Below are positions 19,495 to 29,245 of a DNA stretch of 64,000 bases, piece after piece; the stretch's first letter is position 1, and every line of letters starts with the position of its first letter. A model generated the notes under the pieces. The model was not told the DNA's origin. It searched no databases and worked only from the letters and a program-made list of their open reading frames with translations. Both the position numbers and the translations under genes were made by a program. This DNA comes from Candidatus Binatia bacterium (GTDB taxonomy: Bacteria > Desulfobacterota > Binatia > Bin18), in assembly GCA_963667495.1 (NCBI GenBank), contig OY763426.1, positions 1,923,615 to 1,987,614 of the forward strand, read 5' to 3'.

Positions 19495-20194
19495 GACGAG
19501 TTGGCTCCTGTAGCGGCACGGCCTCCGGGAGGGCTTCTTGCGCGGTTGTCCCGGTCAGGGCATCGAGGAGTTCTTCGGTACGCGTCTCGGTCAGACGGGT
19601 CAAACGCTGTATGCGGGAGGTCAGGTGGTTGTACAAAAGATAGTAAGGGATGGCGACCGTCAGCCCTGCTGCTGTGGTCAACATGGCCTTATAAATACCA
19701 CCGGCCAGCACGCCAACGGTAATTTGGTCGCCCAGCGTCTCCCAACTCATAAAGGCTTCGACCAGGCCAATAATCGTACCCAGGAAGCCCAGCATGGGTG
19801 CGACCCCGACCACACTTGCCAGGGCCGTCATATACGCCTCCAGCCCGGCCACCACCTCGCCTCCAAATCGTTCCAGGCGTCGCGTCAGCTCCGCCCGTTC
19901 CTCAACGCGATACAGGAAGGCCGTCTCGAACAGCCGGCCGAGCGGCGTGTTGTGCTCGCGGCAGACTTGGAGCGCCGCGTTCAGGGTACCCTCTTGGTCG
20001 AGATGCCCTCCCTGAATGAGGAGGTGCAGGCGCTCGCACAGCCGATTGAGCTGCGAGCGAAATCGCGCCAAGCCCCAAAACTTCGTAAGGACAATAGCCA
20101 GCGCGAAAATGGACAGGGCGATAATGAGATACATTATATTCCCGCCCTGGTCGATAAAATACAGAATTCCCGGAGAATCCACCTGTGTTGGCAT
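19484..20194 (-). CDS. exbB: MotA/TolQ/ExbB proton-channel protein
   Basis: Three TM segments. Conserved MLGFLGTIIGLVEAF...AGGIYKAMLTTAAGLTVAIP signature. Confidence 0.88.
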   Translation of the reverse strand: MPTQVDSPGILYFIDQGGNIMYLIIALSIFALAIVLTKFWGLARFRSQLNRLCERLHLLIQGGHLDQEGTLNAALQVCREHNTPLGRLFETAFLYRVEERAELTRRLERFGGEVVAGLEAYMTALASVVGVAPMLGFLGTIIGLVEAFMSWETLGDQITVGVLAGGIYKAMLTTAAGLTVAIPYYLLYNHLTSRIQRLTRLTETRTEELLDALTGTTAQEALPEAVPLQEPTRHAV

Positions 20195-20215
20195 AGCGCG
20201 GTATATGTAGCGGAG

Positions 20216-20272
20216 TTCCCCTCTGAGGGGAAGGGTAGCGTCCTTCGACTTCGCTCGGCTACGCTCAGGATA
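20216..20272. repeat. short GC-rich repeat module (CTTCGACTTCGCTC..ACGCTCAGGA type), related to a module inside the 48.3-kb copy
   Basis: Near-identical to CCTTCGACTTCGCTTCACTACGCTCAGGATG at 48330-48375. Confidence 0.55.
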
Positions 20273-20360
20273 CTCGGAGACAAGGAAGAACGCGGCTCAG
20301 ACCTTTCCTTTTTTTTATCCGGCTGGTAAGCCGCAGAGAATTGCTAGGAGGCAGTCTGCA

Positions 20361-20762
20361 ATGGGAAGAATAGTCGCAACAGTGGATATCGAAAATTTCT
20401 CCGAAACCGGCTCGTCTATTAAACTGGACGCCCTCGTTGATACCGGAGCAAGCTACCTCACCTTACCGTCACACTGGAAGAGCCGGTTCGGCGCGTTTGC
20501 TTCGGAGGAGACGGTTGAACTGCACACAGCGACCCAAGAAGTTGTCCAAGGAACAGTCTGCGGTCCGGTGAAAATAAGTGTGGAAGGATTTCGATCTATA
20601 TATAACGAGGTGCTTTTTATAGACATGAAGCCAGAGAACGGCGAATATGAGCCATTACTGGGTTATATCGCGCTTGAGCAATGTGGAGCGGCCGTGGATA
20701 TGCTCGGCCACAGGTTGGTCCCGGTAAAGTATATGGATGCGAAATCGCATGAAACGATGTGA
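20361..20762 (+). CDS. retropepsin-like (clan AA) aspartyl protease
   Basis: ALVDTGASYLTLP catalytic D-T/S-G-A motif, about 130 aa. Confidence 0.65.
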   Translation: MGRIVATVDIENFSETGSSIKLDALVDTGASYLTLPSHWKSRFGAFASEETVELHTATQEVVQGTVCGPVKISVEGFRSIYNEVLFIDMKPENGEYEPLLGYIALEQCGAAVDMLGHRLVPVKYMDAKSHETM

Positions 20763-20775
20763 ATAAGGAAACACC

Positions 20776-21243
20776 ATGGCTGTTCCAGTAGCAAAACCAC
20801 CACTCTCTGAGCACGACTACCATGCGTGGCTCCTTGAACAGGCGGCCCGTCTTCGTGCTCGTCAGTTTGACCAGATTGATTGTGAGGTGCTCGCGGAGGA
20901 GGTGGAAGACATGGGGCGGAGTGAACGGCGCGCGGTCGAAAGCCATCTGAAGAATCTTCTCATCCACCTTTTGAAATGGGCTAAGCAAAGGGAACGTCGC
21001 TCAGGAAGCTGGCGAGACAGCATTGACAATGCGCGAGATGCGCTTGCCGACTTGCTCCAAGACAGCCCCAGTCTTCGCCCTCAGCTCCCAGAATTTGTCA
21101 AGCGGCAATACCCCCGTGCCCGTCGGAGCGCCGCCAACCAAACCGGTCTGACAGTTTCGCGCTTTCCCGTCGCCTGCCCTTTCCGCTTGGAAGAAATTCT
21201 TGACGCCGATTTCTTTCCGGAGACGCTTGAGGAAAGAGGGTAG
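20776..21243 (+). CDS. DUF29 domain protein
   Basis: N-terminal HDYHAWLLEQAARLRARQFDQIDCEVLAEEVEDMGRSERRAVESHLKNLLIHLLKW matches the DUF29 family consensus recalled from memory. Confidence 0.6.
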   Translation: MAVPVAKPPLSEHDYHAWLLEQAARLRARQFDQIDCEVLAEEVEDMGRSERRAVESHLKNLLIHLLKWAKQRERRSGSWRDSIDNARDALADLLQDSPSLRPQLPEFVKRQYPRARRSAANQTGLTVSRFPVACPFRLEEILDADFFPETLEERG

Positions 21244-21276
21244 AAAGGGCCCTCTCCGAGTCTGCTTCATAACCAC

Positions 21277-21858
21277 ATGATAAAGGACGCTGCCATGAGA
21301 AACCTCTTGACAAGTCATCGCTCAATCACGGTTAGGCTTTTCCGCCGGCATTTTTTCTACCGCTTCTGTCTGATTGTACTCGGGGTTTGCGTCTTATCCG
21401 TTTTTCCAGAGTCCCCTCTTCAGGCTCAGCCACAGAATGTGGAAGTCCAGGTCCGGCCATTAAACGCAATAGCCCCGGAGATCGTCGTCCCGCCGGGCAG
21501 AGGCTCCTCTGCCATGCGCAGGACCACGGACGACATGCGCAGAGCCGCGGATGACAGGTGGGAACGCGCTCGGGACAGCGAAAACTTTGTGGTGGAAGTG
21601 AAGATTCACAATGGGACCGACCGCGCCTATCTGATTAAAGCCAATAAGGTCTCGTTACGCGCCGAGTCTGGCGAACGGGTGAGACCGCTGGAAGAAAGCG
21701 AAGAGAGTCCGACCCCTGTCCTCACGGATCAGACCATTGCGCCCGGCGCGGAAGTCCGAGGCTATCTCTCTTTCCCGCCTGGTTCCTATACAGGCGCACG
21801 GGGGTTTCTCATTGAAGAGGGCACCCAGGCGAACGAGGGGTTTAGCATAGACTTTTAG
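21277..21858 (+). CDS. secreted/membrane-anchored hypothetical protein
   Basis: N-terminal hydrophobic segment followed by a beta-rich domain. Confidence 0.4.
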   Translation: MIKDAAMRNLLTSHRSITVRLFRRHFFYRFCLIVLGVCVLSVFPESPLQAQPQNVEVQVRPLNAIAPEIVVPPGRGSSAMRRTTDDMRRAADDRWERARDSENFVVEVKIHNGTDRAYLIKANKVSLRAESGERVRPLEESEESPTPVLTDQTIAPGAEVRGYLSFPPGSYTGARGFLIEEGTQANEGFSIDF

Positions 21859-21890
21859 GCTTGCCGGTGGGCTCTGTGTCCAGATTCTGC

Positions 21891-24239
21891 CTATTCTTGG
21901 CGAATTTCCGGGGGAACAAACGCGGTCACGGGCGGTGGGTCGCCCTGATAGCGTTCGACCTGAACCAGGGTGGTATGCGCGCTGGGTCCCTGACCCAGCT
22001 TTGAGGTGCCTTTGTCCAAAGTAAGCACATTGGGGTTGCCGTGTTTTTCCAATGACCCCGGCACTCCCGGTTCGAGCGGATCATACCACGCGCCCGTGGG
22101 AAGCTGGACTACGCTCTTCTGGATGTTGGAGGTAATGCGCACGCCAGCCAGACATTGGCCCCGGTCATTAAAGACCCGGACAATATCGCCCTCGCTCAGC
22201 CCTCGCGTCTGGGCATCGGCCGGATGAATCCACAGGGGCTCGCGTTCGGCGACCTTTAAGCTGCGACTGACCGATCCCTGATCGAGTTGGCTGTGCAGAC
22301 GGCCGACCGGCTGATTAGAAGTCAAGTGGAGGGGGTAGTGCACGGCTCTCTCGCTCCCCAGCCATTCGGCCGGTTCCATCCAGGTCGGGTGAGGCGGACA
22401 ATCGTCGTAGTGATAGGACGCAATCCGCTCTGACCAGATCTCGATTTTCCCGGATGGCGTGTCCAGCGGATGAGTGTCGGGATCGGTCCGAAAGGCGGAC
22501 AGAAAGGGCTGGGGCTCAGACGGGAGCGGCAGTTCAAAATAACCGTCTTCCCAAAACTGCTCAAAGTCAGGCAAAGCAAAACCGCGTTCGCTCGCCCGTT
22601 CGCGGGAGAGGGCATAGAGGTGGCGCAGCCAACCCGCTTCGTCCCGTCCTTCGGTAAACCCTTCCCGAAAGCCAAGACGCTCGGCTAGGTCTGCAAAAAT
22701 ATCATGATCGTTCCGCGCCGCGCCGACCGGCTCTATCGCCTGTTTATTGGCTACCACAAAGCTGTCGCGGGGCGTGCAGACCATATCGTTGCGTTCGAGC
22801 GGGGTCGTCGCCGGGAGGATGATATCCGCGTGGCGGGCCATGGGCGTCCACCACGGCTCATGGACGATAACGGTCTCCGGCTTTTGCCAGGCACGTAACA
22901 GGCGGTTCAAATCCTGATGGTGATGGAAGACGTTGCCGCCGACCCAGTAGACCAGGCGAATATCAGGATAGGTCGCCCGGCGTCCGTTATAGTCGAATTC
23001 CGTGTTCGGATTCAGCAGAAGGTCGGCAATTCGGGCAACCGGAATGACATCCTCAACCGGGTGGGCACAGCGGTCCAAGGTGGCCCAGGGAATGCGAGAG
23101 GACGGGTTTCCGACCGTGGCGACGGAAGAGTAGCCATAGCCAAACCCTCCGCCGGGGAGGCCGATCTGTCCCAGCATGGCGGCCAGGGTGATTGCCATCC
23201 AATAGCTCTGCTCGCCATGGTCCGCCCGTTGGAGGGACCACGCTATCGTAATCAGCGTGCGTTTGGCGGCCATACGCCGGGCCAGCGTGGTAATCGTCTC
23301 TGCCTTCAGGCCGGTAATATTGGCCGCCCACTGCGCGTCTTTGGGCTGGCCATCGCTTTCGCCCATGAGATACGGTTGAAACCGCTCAAAGCCAACGCAG
23401 TACCGAGCCAGGAATTCGAGGTCGGCCAGCCCCTCTGTGACCAGGGTATGAGCCAGACCGAGCATCAGCGCCATATCGGTATTGGGGCGCGGGGTCAGCC
23501 ATTCGGCCCGTAGAAAGTCGGCCGTGTCGTTTTTCACCGGACCGATATTCAGGAATTCGACCCCTGCCTGCCGGCAGGCCTCCAGGCCCGCTCGGGTGCG
23601 ATGCCGGGCCACTCCGCCATAGGCCACCTGCGCGTTTTTGAGGGGCATGCCGCCAAACGCCACCACCAGTTCGGAATGTTGAGCGATCGTCTGCCACGAG
23701 GCCTGCTCGACCAGCAAACGAAAAAAATTCCCGGCAATATAGGGCATGGCCACATCGGCCGCGGCGTGGCTGTAGGTGTTTATGGAACGGACAAAGCCAC
23801 CAAAGAGATTGAGGAAGCGATGCAACTGACCTTGGGGGAAATGAAAGGAACCGGCGCTGCCCCAGCCGTATGAACCGGCATAAATCGCCCGGTTGCTGAA
23901 CGTGCTGCGGATACGCTCGAGTTCGGCGGCAACAAGATCAAGCGCCCGCTCCCAACTGAGGGCGACAAAAGGCTCGCCCCCACGGGTGCCACTGCCCGGG
24001 CCGTTCCCGAGCCAGCTTTCTCGTACCATGGGTTGGCGGATGCGGAGATCGTCATTGACCGCCTCAATATATGAACGCCCAAGAGGAGAAGGGTCCGGGT
24101 CTTCGGGTATGGCATCCATGGCAACTAAACGACCCTGTGTGACCCGAGGCGCATAGCCACCCCAGTGAAAGGCCGAACGTGGATTCAGAGAGGAAACGTG
24201 TCCTCCCTTCCTCTTTGCAGTGTTGTCAGCGGTTTTCAT
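21891..24239 (-). CDS. molybdopterin guanine dinucleotide S/N-oxide reductase (BisC/TorZ-like, DMSO reductase family)
   Basis: 782 aa. MopB-type blocks and a C-terminal molybdopterin dinucleotide-binding region. No twin-arginine signal, so cytoplasmic BisC-like. Confidence 0.8.
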   Translation of the reverse strand: MKTADNTAKRKGGHVSSLNPRSAFHWGGYAPRVTQGRLVAMDAIPEDPDPSPLGRSYIEAVNDDLRIRQPMVRESWLGNGPGSGTRGGEPFVALSWERALDLVAAELERIRSTFSNRAIYAGSYGWGSAGSFHFPQGQLHRFLNLFGGFVRSINTYSHAAADVAMPYIAGNFFRLLVEQASWQTIAQHSELVVAFGGMPLKNAQVAYGGVARHRTRAGLEACRQAGVEFLNIGPVKNDTADFLRAEWLTPRPNTDMALMLGLAHTLVTEGLADLEFLARYCVGFERFQPYLMGESDGQPKDAQWAANITGLKAETITTLARRMAAKRTLITIAWSLQRADHGEQSYWMAITLAAMLGQIGLPGGGFGYGYSSVATVGNPSSRIPWATLDRCAHPVEDVIPVARIADLLLNPNTEFDYNGRRATYPDIRLVYWVGGNVFHHHQDLNRLLRAWQKPETVIVHEPWWTPMARHADIILPATTPLERNDMVCTPRDSFVVANKQAIEPVGAARNDHDIFADLAERLGFREGFTEGRDEAGWLRHLYALSRERASERGFALPDFEQFWEDGYFELPLPSEPQPFLSAFRTDPDTHPLDTPSGKIEIWSERIASYHYDDCPPHPTWMEPAEWLGSERAVHYPLHLTSNQPVGRLHSQLDQGSVSRSLKVAEREPLWIHPADAQTRGLSEGDIVRVFNDRGQCLAGVRITSNIQKSVVQLPTGAWYDPLEPGVPGSLEKHGNPNVLTLDKGTSKLGQGPSAHTTLVQVERYQGDPPPVTAFVPPEIRQE

Positions 24240-24322
24240 GGGTCAGGATTTTCCTCTGAGACAGAAGAGCCAAGGGGCACGCTCGCGTACCCCTCGGAAA
24301 GCGGTGAAGAACAAGGAGGCGC

Positions 24323-26725
24323 TTACGCCCCACACGTTTGGTTGGCAAAGTCCTGAATTTTGGTCTTGAGGCTGGTATCACCGAGTCGTTTCAGCATTCT
24401 TTGAGCGCTACTGACCGTCTTACACGCCTGGGTCGCATTGCCGAGGGTGTCATTCAGACGGGCGACTTCAAACGTCCCGCGAAACCAGAGCGGATCACCG
24501 ACCTGGGTACCCTTGAGCATAGCCTCCCACAGGGAGAGTGCCCGTTTTTTATCTCCCCGTACCTCAGAGACCTGGGCGAGCCCGACAATGGCGACCAGCG
24601 CATAGGCGCCCTGCTTTTGCTCAAGGTCTGTATAGATAATCTCAGCCTTGTCGTATTGCTTGGTATCGAGATAGAGCTGGGCCAAGTCATAATGGAAGCG
24701 ATCCGGAGACTGATCCTCCGCAAATTGGCCATCGTTCTTGAGCCATACTTCATGCAGACGTGCCAGCGTCCGCTTGGCAATGAGTGCGTTGTCTGTATCA
24801 TTCTGACGGCGGAGCTTACGGATGTCTTTTTCCAGCACGCCAGACAGTCCGGCCAGGAGTTCCTGCTGTTTGTCGGGCTGGTAGCGATCTACAATTTTCT
24901 CGACGTCGTTGGCGAGGTCGGCATAGCGCCCGGTCTTCTGCAGGGCGACCAGCCGGGTACGGGAAACGGTTTCAAACGCATCGGGCTGCTTCGGATATTT
25001 CTCTTCAAAGCCGTCGAGGAAAGAGACGATCTGTTCGGCGTTCGCGTCCATATCGTGACTCAAATAGACTGCATGCATCACGCTGACCTTGCCCGGATAT
25101 TCACGATAGGGGTTTCGATTCACCAGTTTGGGACTGCGCTTGGCCAACGTCGCGCTGTTCTTCCAGTAGGCGTCCAGACTGGCTCCAATCCGCTGGCGGA
25201 TAGCGTCTTCACTCAGCCCACTACTGGTATCGCCGTCTTCAATCGCGTGCAGAACCTCGAAGTAGGCCTGGAGCGTGGCATAGTCGGCTCGCACCCGGAA
25301 CGCCGGCGCACCGCGCACCTTTTTATACGCATCGGCTGCCTTCAAATACTCCTCTTGCTCCTGGTAATACTCACCCAGCCGGAAGTGGGCTTCGTAGATG
25401 GACCGGTGCTTGGGGTATTTCCGCGCAAAGTCGCGAATCGCCTGCACATACAGCTTCCCATTCCGCGCACTTTGATCCCGGGCGTATAAGGACTCCGCCG
25501 CCTTGAACTGAAAGTACTCCGCGTCAGACGCGTGCTTGGTCTTTGCCCCCCCGTTGTTGAGAAAGGTGTCCAGGGTATTGATGGCCTGTCGATAGCGACG
25601 TTGTTCATACAGCCCCACGCCCAGGTAGTATTGCGCGTCTGTCTGATACACGGCAGCGTTGGGATCGTTTGAAGCAATGACTTCCTCAAGAAAAGGAACC
25701 GCTTTGGCAAAGCGCCGTTTCTGCATGTGCTCCTTGGCTTTTAACCAGGGCGGAAACGGGTTTTCCTGCTCGGCAATGACGAGTTCTTCCTCGCGCGTCA
25801 GCTCTGCCTGTATCAACGCGTCGGCTCGGTCCTGCCACTTGCCGCCGGCCTTGCGGAGTTCAAGAATCAATCCGAGGAGTTGACCGCGCAACTGGCTGCG
25901 CTTCTTACCGCTCGCCTTTCTACTCTGCCTGGCAATATTTTTTGCCTGCTGGAATTGGGCTTGCGCCATTTCCGTCGGAGAAGGTCGGGTTTTCCCGCCA
26001 CGCTTGGCATAGCGCCGCGTCTGCTCCAGCGCCCTCTGGGCCTTTCGTTTCATATCGGTAGACACGCCGGGCTGTTTGAGCAGCAGTTCAAAATCCCGGA
26101 TGGCCCAGTCAAACTTCTCAAGTTCGCGCTCGCTCAGCGCTCGACCGAACAGACTCTCGTTCTTGAGCCGCGAGGCTTGATCGCCAACCGCGAATTCCCC
26201 AAAGCCGTTCATGGCTGTCGTCAACAGGGTTTCCTTTTTCTTCTCATCGAACGTGAACGAGCCGATGTAGTTCAGCCAGTTCAGGAAATATAAGGCACGC
26301 GCCGCCACCCCTTGTTCAGCACGGTATTCCTGTGAGTCCTGCACGGCCTCCAGGTCGCCATCCCGCGCAATGACATCCTGCGTCATCTGGTCAATGCGCT
26401 TGAAACTGCCGGTATAGATATCGTTGAGCGGACCATGGAGCGTCTCATAGATATCGCGAATAGCTTTTTTGCTCGACGGGGTTTTAACTGATTGGGCCAA
26501 ATTGGGGAGTGCAACAAATTCTAAGGCAACCGGGCCCAGGATTTGAATGGCTTGCAGCTTGGCTTGCGCATCCCAACTCCCCTGTTTCAGTGCATTGGCT
26601 TTGCTCCGGGCCTGCTTCGCTCGGGCAGAGAGTTCAGCAATAGACGCCGCCTCGACCTCGGAGTTCAACCAACCCAGGTTCAGGCTCAGAGAGATCATAC
26701 CGATAATGGAAACCAGACGCCGCAC
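24323..26725 (-). CDS. tetratricopeptide-repeat protein, 800 aa, N-terminal signal peptide
   Basis: Signal peptide MRRLVSIIGMISLSLNLGWLNSEVEAAS, then many TPR-like helical repeats. Confidence 0.6.
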   Translation of the reverse strand: MRRLVSIIGMISLSLNLGWLNSEVEAASIAELSARAKQARSKANALKQGSWDAQAKLQAIQILGPVALEFVALPNLAQSVKTPSSKKAIRDIYETLHGPLNDIYTGSFKRIDQMTQDVIARDGDLEAVQDSQEYRAEQGVAARALYFLNWLNYIGSFTFDEKKKETLLTTAMNGFGEFAVGDQASRLKNESLFGRALSERELEKFDWAIRDFELLLKQPGVSTDMKRKAQRALEQTRRYAKRGGKTRPSPTEMAQAQFQQAKNIARQSRKASGKKRSQLRGQLLGLILELRKAGGKWQDRADALIQAELTREEELVIAEQENPFPPWLKAKEHMQKRRFAKAVPFLEEVIASNDPNAAVYQTDAQYYLGVGLYEQRRYRQAINTLDTFLNNGGAKTKHASDAEYFQFKAAESLYARDQSARNGKLYVQAIRDFARKYPKHRSIYEAHFRLGEYYQEQEEYLKAADAYKKVRGAPAFRVRADYATLQAYFEVLHAIEDGDTSSGLSEDAIRQRIGASLDAYWKNSATLAKRSPKLVNRNPYREYPGKVSVMHAVYLSHDMDANAEQIVSFLDGFEEKYPKQPDAFETVSRTRLVALQKTGRYADLANDVEKIVDRYQPDKQQELLAGLSGVLEKDIRKLRRQNDTDNALIAKRTLARLHEVWLKNDGQFAEDQSPDRFHYDLAQLYLDTKQYDKAEIIYTDLEQKQGAYALVAIVGLAQVSEVRGDKKRALSLWEAMLKGTQVGDPLWFRGTFEVARLNDTLGNATQACKTVSSAQRMLKRLGDTSLKTKIQDFANQTCGA

Positions 26726-26875
26726 GCTTGCACTCCTTTTTCGACCCTGCCCTGCACGTTATGGTCTTGCGTTCAAAGCCCCTACAGTCCATCCCCGCCT
26801 GCACGAAGAGAAACGCTTGTCCAGCACTGAGTCAGGGTTCTCTGGTATCATGCTATTTGACCACCAGACTGCATT

Positions 26876-28117
26876 CTACTCCAAGTCCCGCAAGTATTTC
26901 GCCATCTCCACTTCCCAGCGCGAACCAAAGGTCATAATGATGATGTTCTTGGTCAAGGCCTTTTCCTCAGTCAGCGGGATAAAGTCTCCTCCGCCAGCCC
27001 GGGCCACGGATGCCATGGTATGCCGGAAGTCGCGATAGAAACCCGGTAGCGGCGTTGGCTGAAAGGCGATATTCATGACTTTCCCGGTCTGCTCCCAGAG
27101 CGCGTACTCAAAGTCCTCGTGCATCTTATCGGCCAGGTCCATCACACTGACCACTCCACCGCGCGCCTGGAACCCTTGCGCCAAGCCCAGCACGCTGCTC
27201 ATGCTCTCCGGATGAGGCGGCGAGCCAGCGGCAAGAATCACCACCCGACGGGAGCGTTTCCGCCAGCTCAAATCGTTCATGGCCGCGTCCATGCCTTCAT
27301 ACACCGCTTCCGGCCAATCGCCACCCCCGTCGGAGTGCAGATTGGCCAAAAAGCCTTTGAGCTTGGGTGTGGAAAAACTCAAGTCAACCCACTTGGTGAC
27401 ATATTCTTCACCCCTGTCACGATAGGCCACAACCCCGATCCGTGAGGTCGGGACGAGCTTGCGCAACAGCGTCACCAGCTTTGTCAAGCGGTCACGAACC
27501 GAATCGATCACAAACTGCATGCTGTCAGTTGCGTCGATCACCAGGGCAACATCCAGACCAACCTTACGCAGCCCGCGACCATAGTCGCCAAAGCCCCCGC
27601 CCCCGCCGAGGTCTCCAGCGCCAACCAGACCGCTGAGCTGGGCGTCGATACCAGAAAAACTACTGTCGGCGCGCTGGACCTCAATCGTCACCGGTCCGAT
27701 GCCCGAGAAGACGGGAATGGCCGCCCGTTGGATAGGGGCCTGGAGTGGACCGGTTGATGACGGACCAGTCGGACGTGCTCTATTCGGTGCGAGGTCTTCC
27801 ATGGTCAGGATGCCCGGAATATCCTCCAGCGAGGGCTCCCCCTCCCAATCGTCCGGCATCTCCTCCTCCGCCATGGCGTCCAGTTCTTCTTGCGTGAGCG
27901 GCAATGCGTTGACCCGGACCATTTCCGGCTCTTTCATGATGGTCACTGCCGTGGTGGCAAAGATGGACAAAATGAGAATATGAGCCGCCGTCGAGAAGGC
28001 GAACCAACGTGCATTTCTGCCAAAGCCCCCGCCTCGATACAGCCACAAATCCTCTTGGATTTTACGCTCGACTGAAGTGCTCTCGGATGTTGTTGTATTG
28101 TCTTCGGGTGAAGCCAT
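26876..28117 (-). CDS. membrane-anchored VWA-domain protein with TonB/TolA-like N-terminal architecture
   Basis: One TM (WFAFSTAAHILILSIFATTAVTIM), an acidic/Pro-rich linker, then a VWA domain with the MIDAS motif VIDATDSM. Confidence 0.7.
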   Translation of the reverse strand: MASPEDNTTTSESTSVERKIQEDLWLYRGGGFGRNARWFAFSTAAHILILSIFATTAVTIMKEPEMVRVNALPLTQEELDAMAEEEMPDDWEGEPSLEDIPGILTMEDLAPNRARPTGPSSTGPLQAPIQRAAIPVFSGIGPVTIEVQRADSSFSGIDAQLSGLVGAGDLGGGGGFGDYGRGLRKVGLDVALVIDATDSMQFVIDSVRDRLTKLVTLLRKLVPTSRIGVVAYRDRGEEYVTKWVDLSFSTPKLKGFLANLHSDGGGDWPEAVYEGMDAAMNDLSWRKRSRRVVILAAGSPPHPESMSSVLGLAQGFQARGGVVSVMDLADKMHEDFEYALWEQTGKVMNIAFQPTPLPGFYRDFRHTMASVARAGGGDFIPLTEEKALTKNIIIMTFGSRWEVEMAKYLRDLE

Positions 28118-28152
28118 GGCTCTCCCCTCCTTTGGCGATTACGACGGACCGC

Positions 28153-28572
28153 TTACCCTGCCTGTCTGGCCGCAATCGCGACCTGAGCCGCTCCGGCCCG
28201 TTGGGCAATGGAGAGAATTTTTACCGCCTCTCCTAAAATGACATCCTTATCCCCTTCAAGGACAACCGGCACGTCCGGCTTGGCCGTGACTTGCTGCCGA
28301 ATGGCCACCTCAAGATCGGCCATGGTCACCGGTCTGGCGTTCACAAAAATTTCCTTTTGGGGTGTCACCGTAATCACAATCTGACGTGGCTCCGAGTCGG
28401 TTTCCTGCACCTCGGGCAGGTTAATTTCCGCTCCGGATTGGACCATCGCCACACTTGTCACCATAAAGATGATCAGTAGCACCAAAAAGATGTCGCACAA
28501 GGGAACGATATTGATCTCGGCCATAATATCGGATCCACTCCCGCTCTTCTTGCGTGGGCTAGTCATTCCCAT
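28153..28572 (-). CDS. biopolymer transport protein ExbD/TolR family
   Basis: The listed ORF is over-extended. The real start is the ATG preceded by GGAGGAAAG at ~28570. A single TM plus ExbD periplasmic domain. Confidence 0.8.
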   Translation of the reverse strand: MGMTSPRKKSGSGSDIMAEINIVPLCDIFLVLLIIFMVTSVAMVQSGAEINLPEVQETDSEPRQIVITVTPQKEIFVNARPVTMADLEVAIRQQVTAKPDVPVVLEGDKDVILGEAVKILSIAQRAGAAQVAIAARQAG

Positions 28573-29203
28573 GAGCTTTCCTCCCCAGGCGGACTGCTTC
28601 GAGGACACGGTCTGAGCTGATCGTTGTGGCCGCCTCGATCCGCTCAAGCTTGGTATGAAAATAGTTATAGAAGACCACCGCAACGATCCCGACTGCGAGA
28701 CCAAGAGCCGTTGCAACCAACGCCTCGGAAATACCACCGGCCACCACAGCAAAACCACCACTGCCCTCAACCGCCATATTTGTGAAGGATTTGATAATCC
28801 CGATGACAGTGCCGAGTAGCCCAATGAAGGGCGCACTCACGCCGACTGTTCCCAGCACCCAGATGCTGCCTTTGAGCGCCTCGATTTCCTCGAAGCGCCG
28901 GTCCTCAATGATTTCAGACAAATATTCGAGCGATTCGCCCTCTTGTTGGGAAAGGACATCACGAAATATCCGGCCCGCCGGTTTATCCGCCTGCTCCTCG
29001 GCGGAGGTGATCGCTGCTTGAAAATCACCCTTCTGTAAGACGCCAACCAGACCGCCGGCAATCTGCAAGGTCCCCCCAATCAATCCGCGCAGGGCAACTA
29101 TCCGTTCAAAGATGATAGTGATGACAACCACCGACATTATGATCAGGGGATAGGTGATATACCACCCCTGCTGGATCATATCGAGAACACTTAAACCTTC
29201 CAT
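28559..29203 (-). CDS. MotA/TolQ/ExbB proton-channel family protein
   Basis: Three TM segments. GLLGTVIGIIKSF...GGISEALVATALGLAVGIVAV signature. Stop/start overlap with the downstream exbD-like gene. Confidence 0.85.
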   Translation of the reverse strand: MEGLSVLDMIQQGWYITYPLIIMSVVVITIIFERIVALRGLIGGTLQIAGGLVGVLQKGDFQAAITSAEEQADKPAGRIFRDVLSQQEGESLEYLSEIIEDRRFEEIEALKGSIWVLGTVGVSAPFIGLLGTVIGIIKSFTNMAVEGSGGFAVVAGGISEALVATALGLAVGIVAVVFYNYFHTKLERIEAATTISSDRVLEAVRLGRKAHGND

Positions 29204-29245
29204 TCTGAACCCTCCTCTTGTGTGGGATGTCTTATCTGTTTTTTC

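Noticed and set aside
19538-20329. 263-aa plus-strand ORF
   Set aside because: Antisense to exbB.
22917-23513. 198-aa plus-strand ORF
   Set aside because: Antisense to the molybdopterin oxidoreductase.
24338-25489. 383-aa plus-strand ORF
   Set aside because: Antisense to the 800-aa TPR gene.
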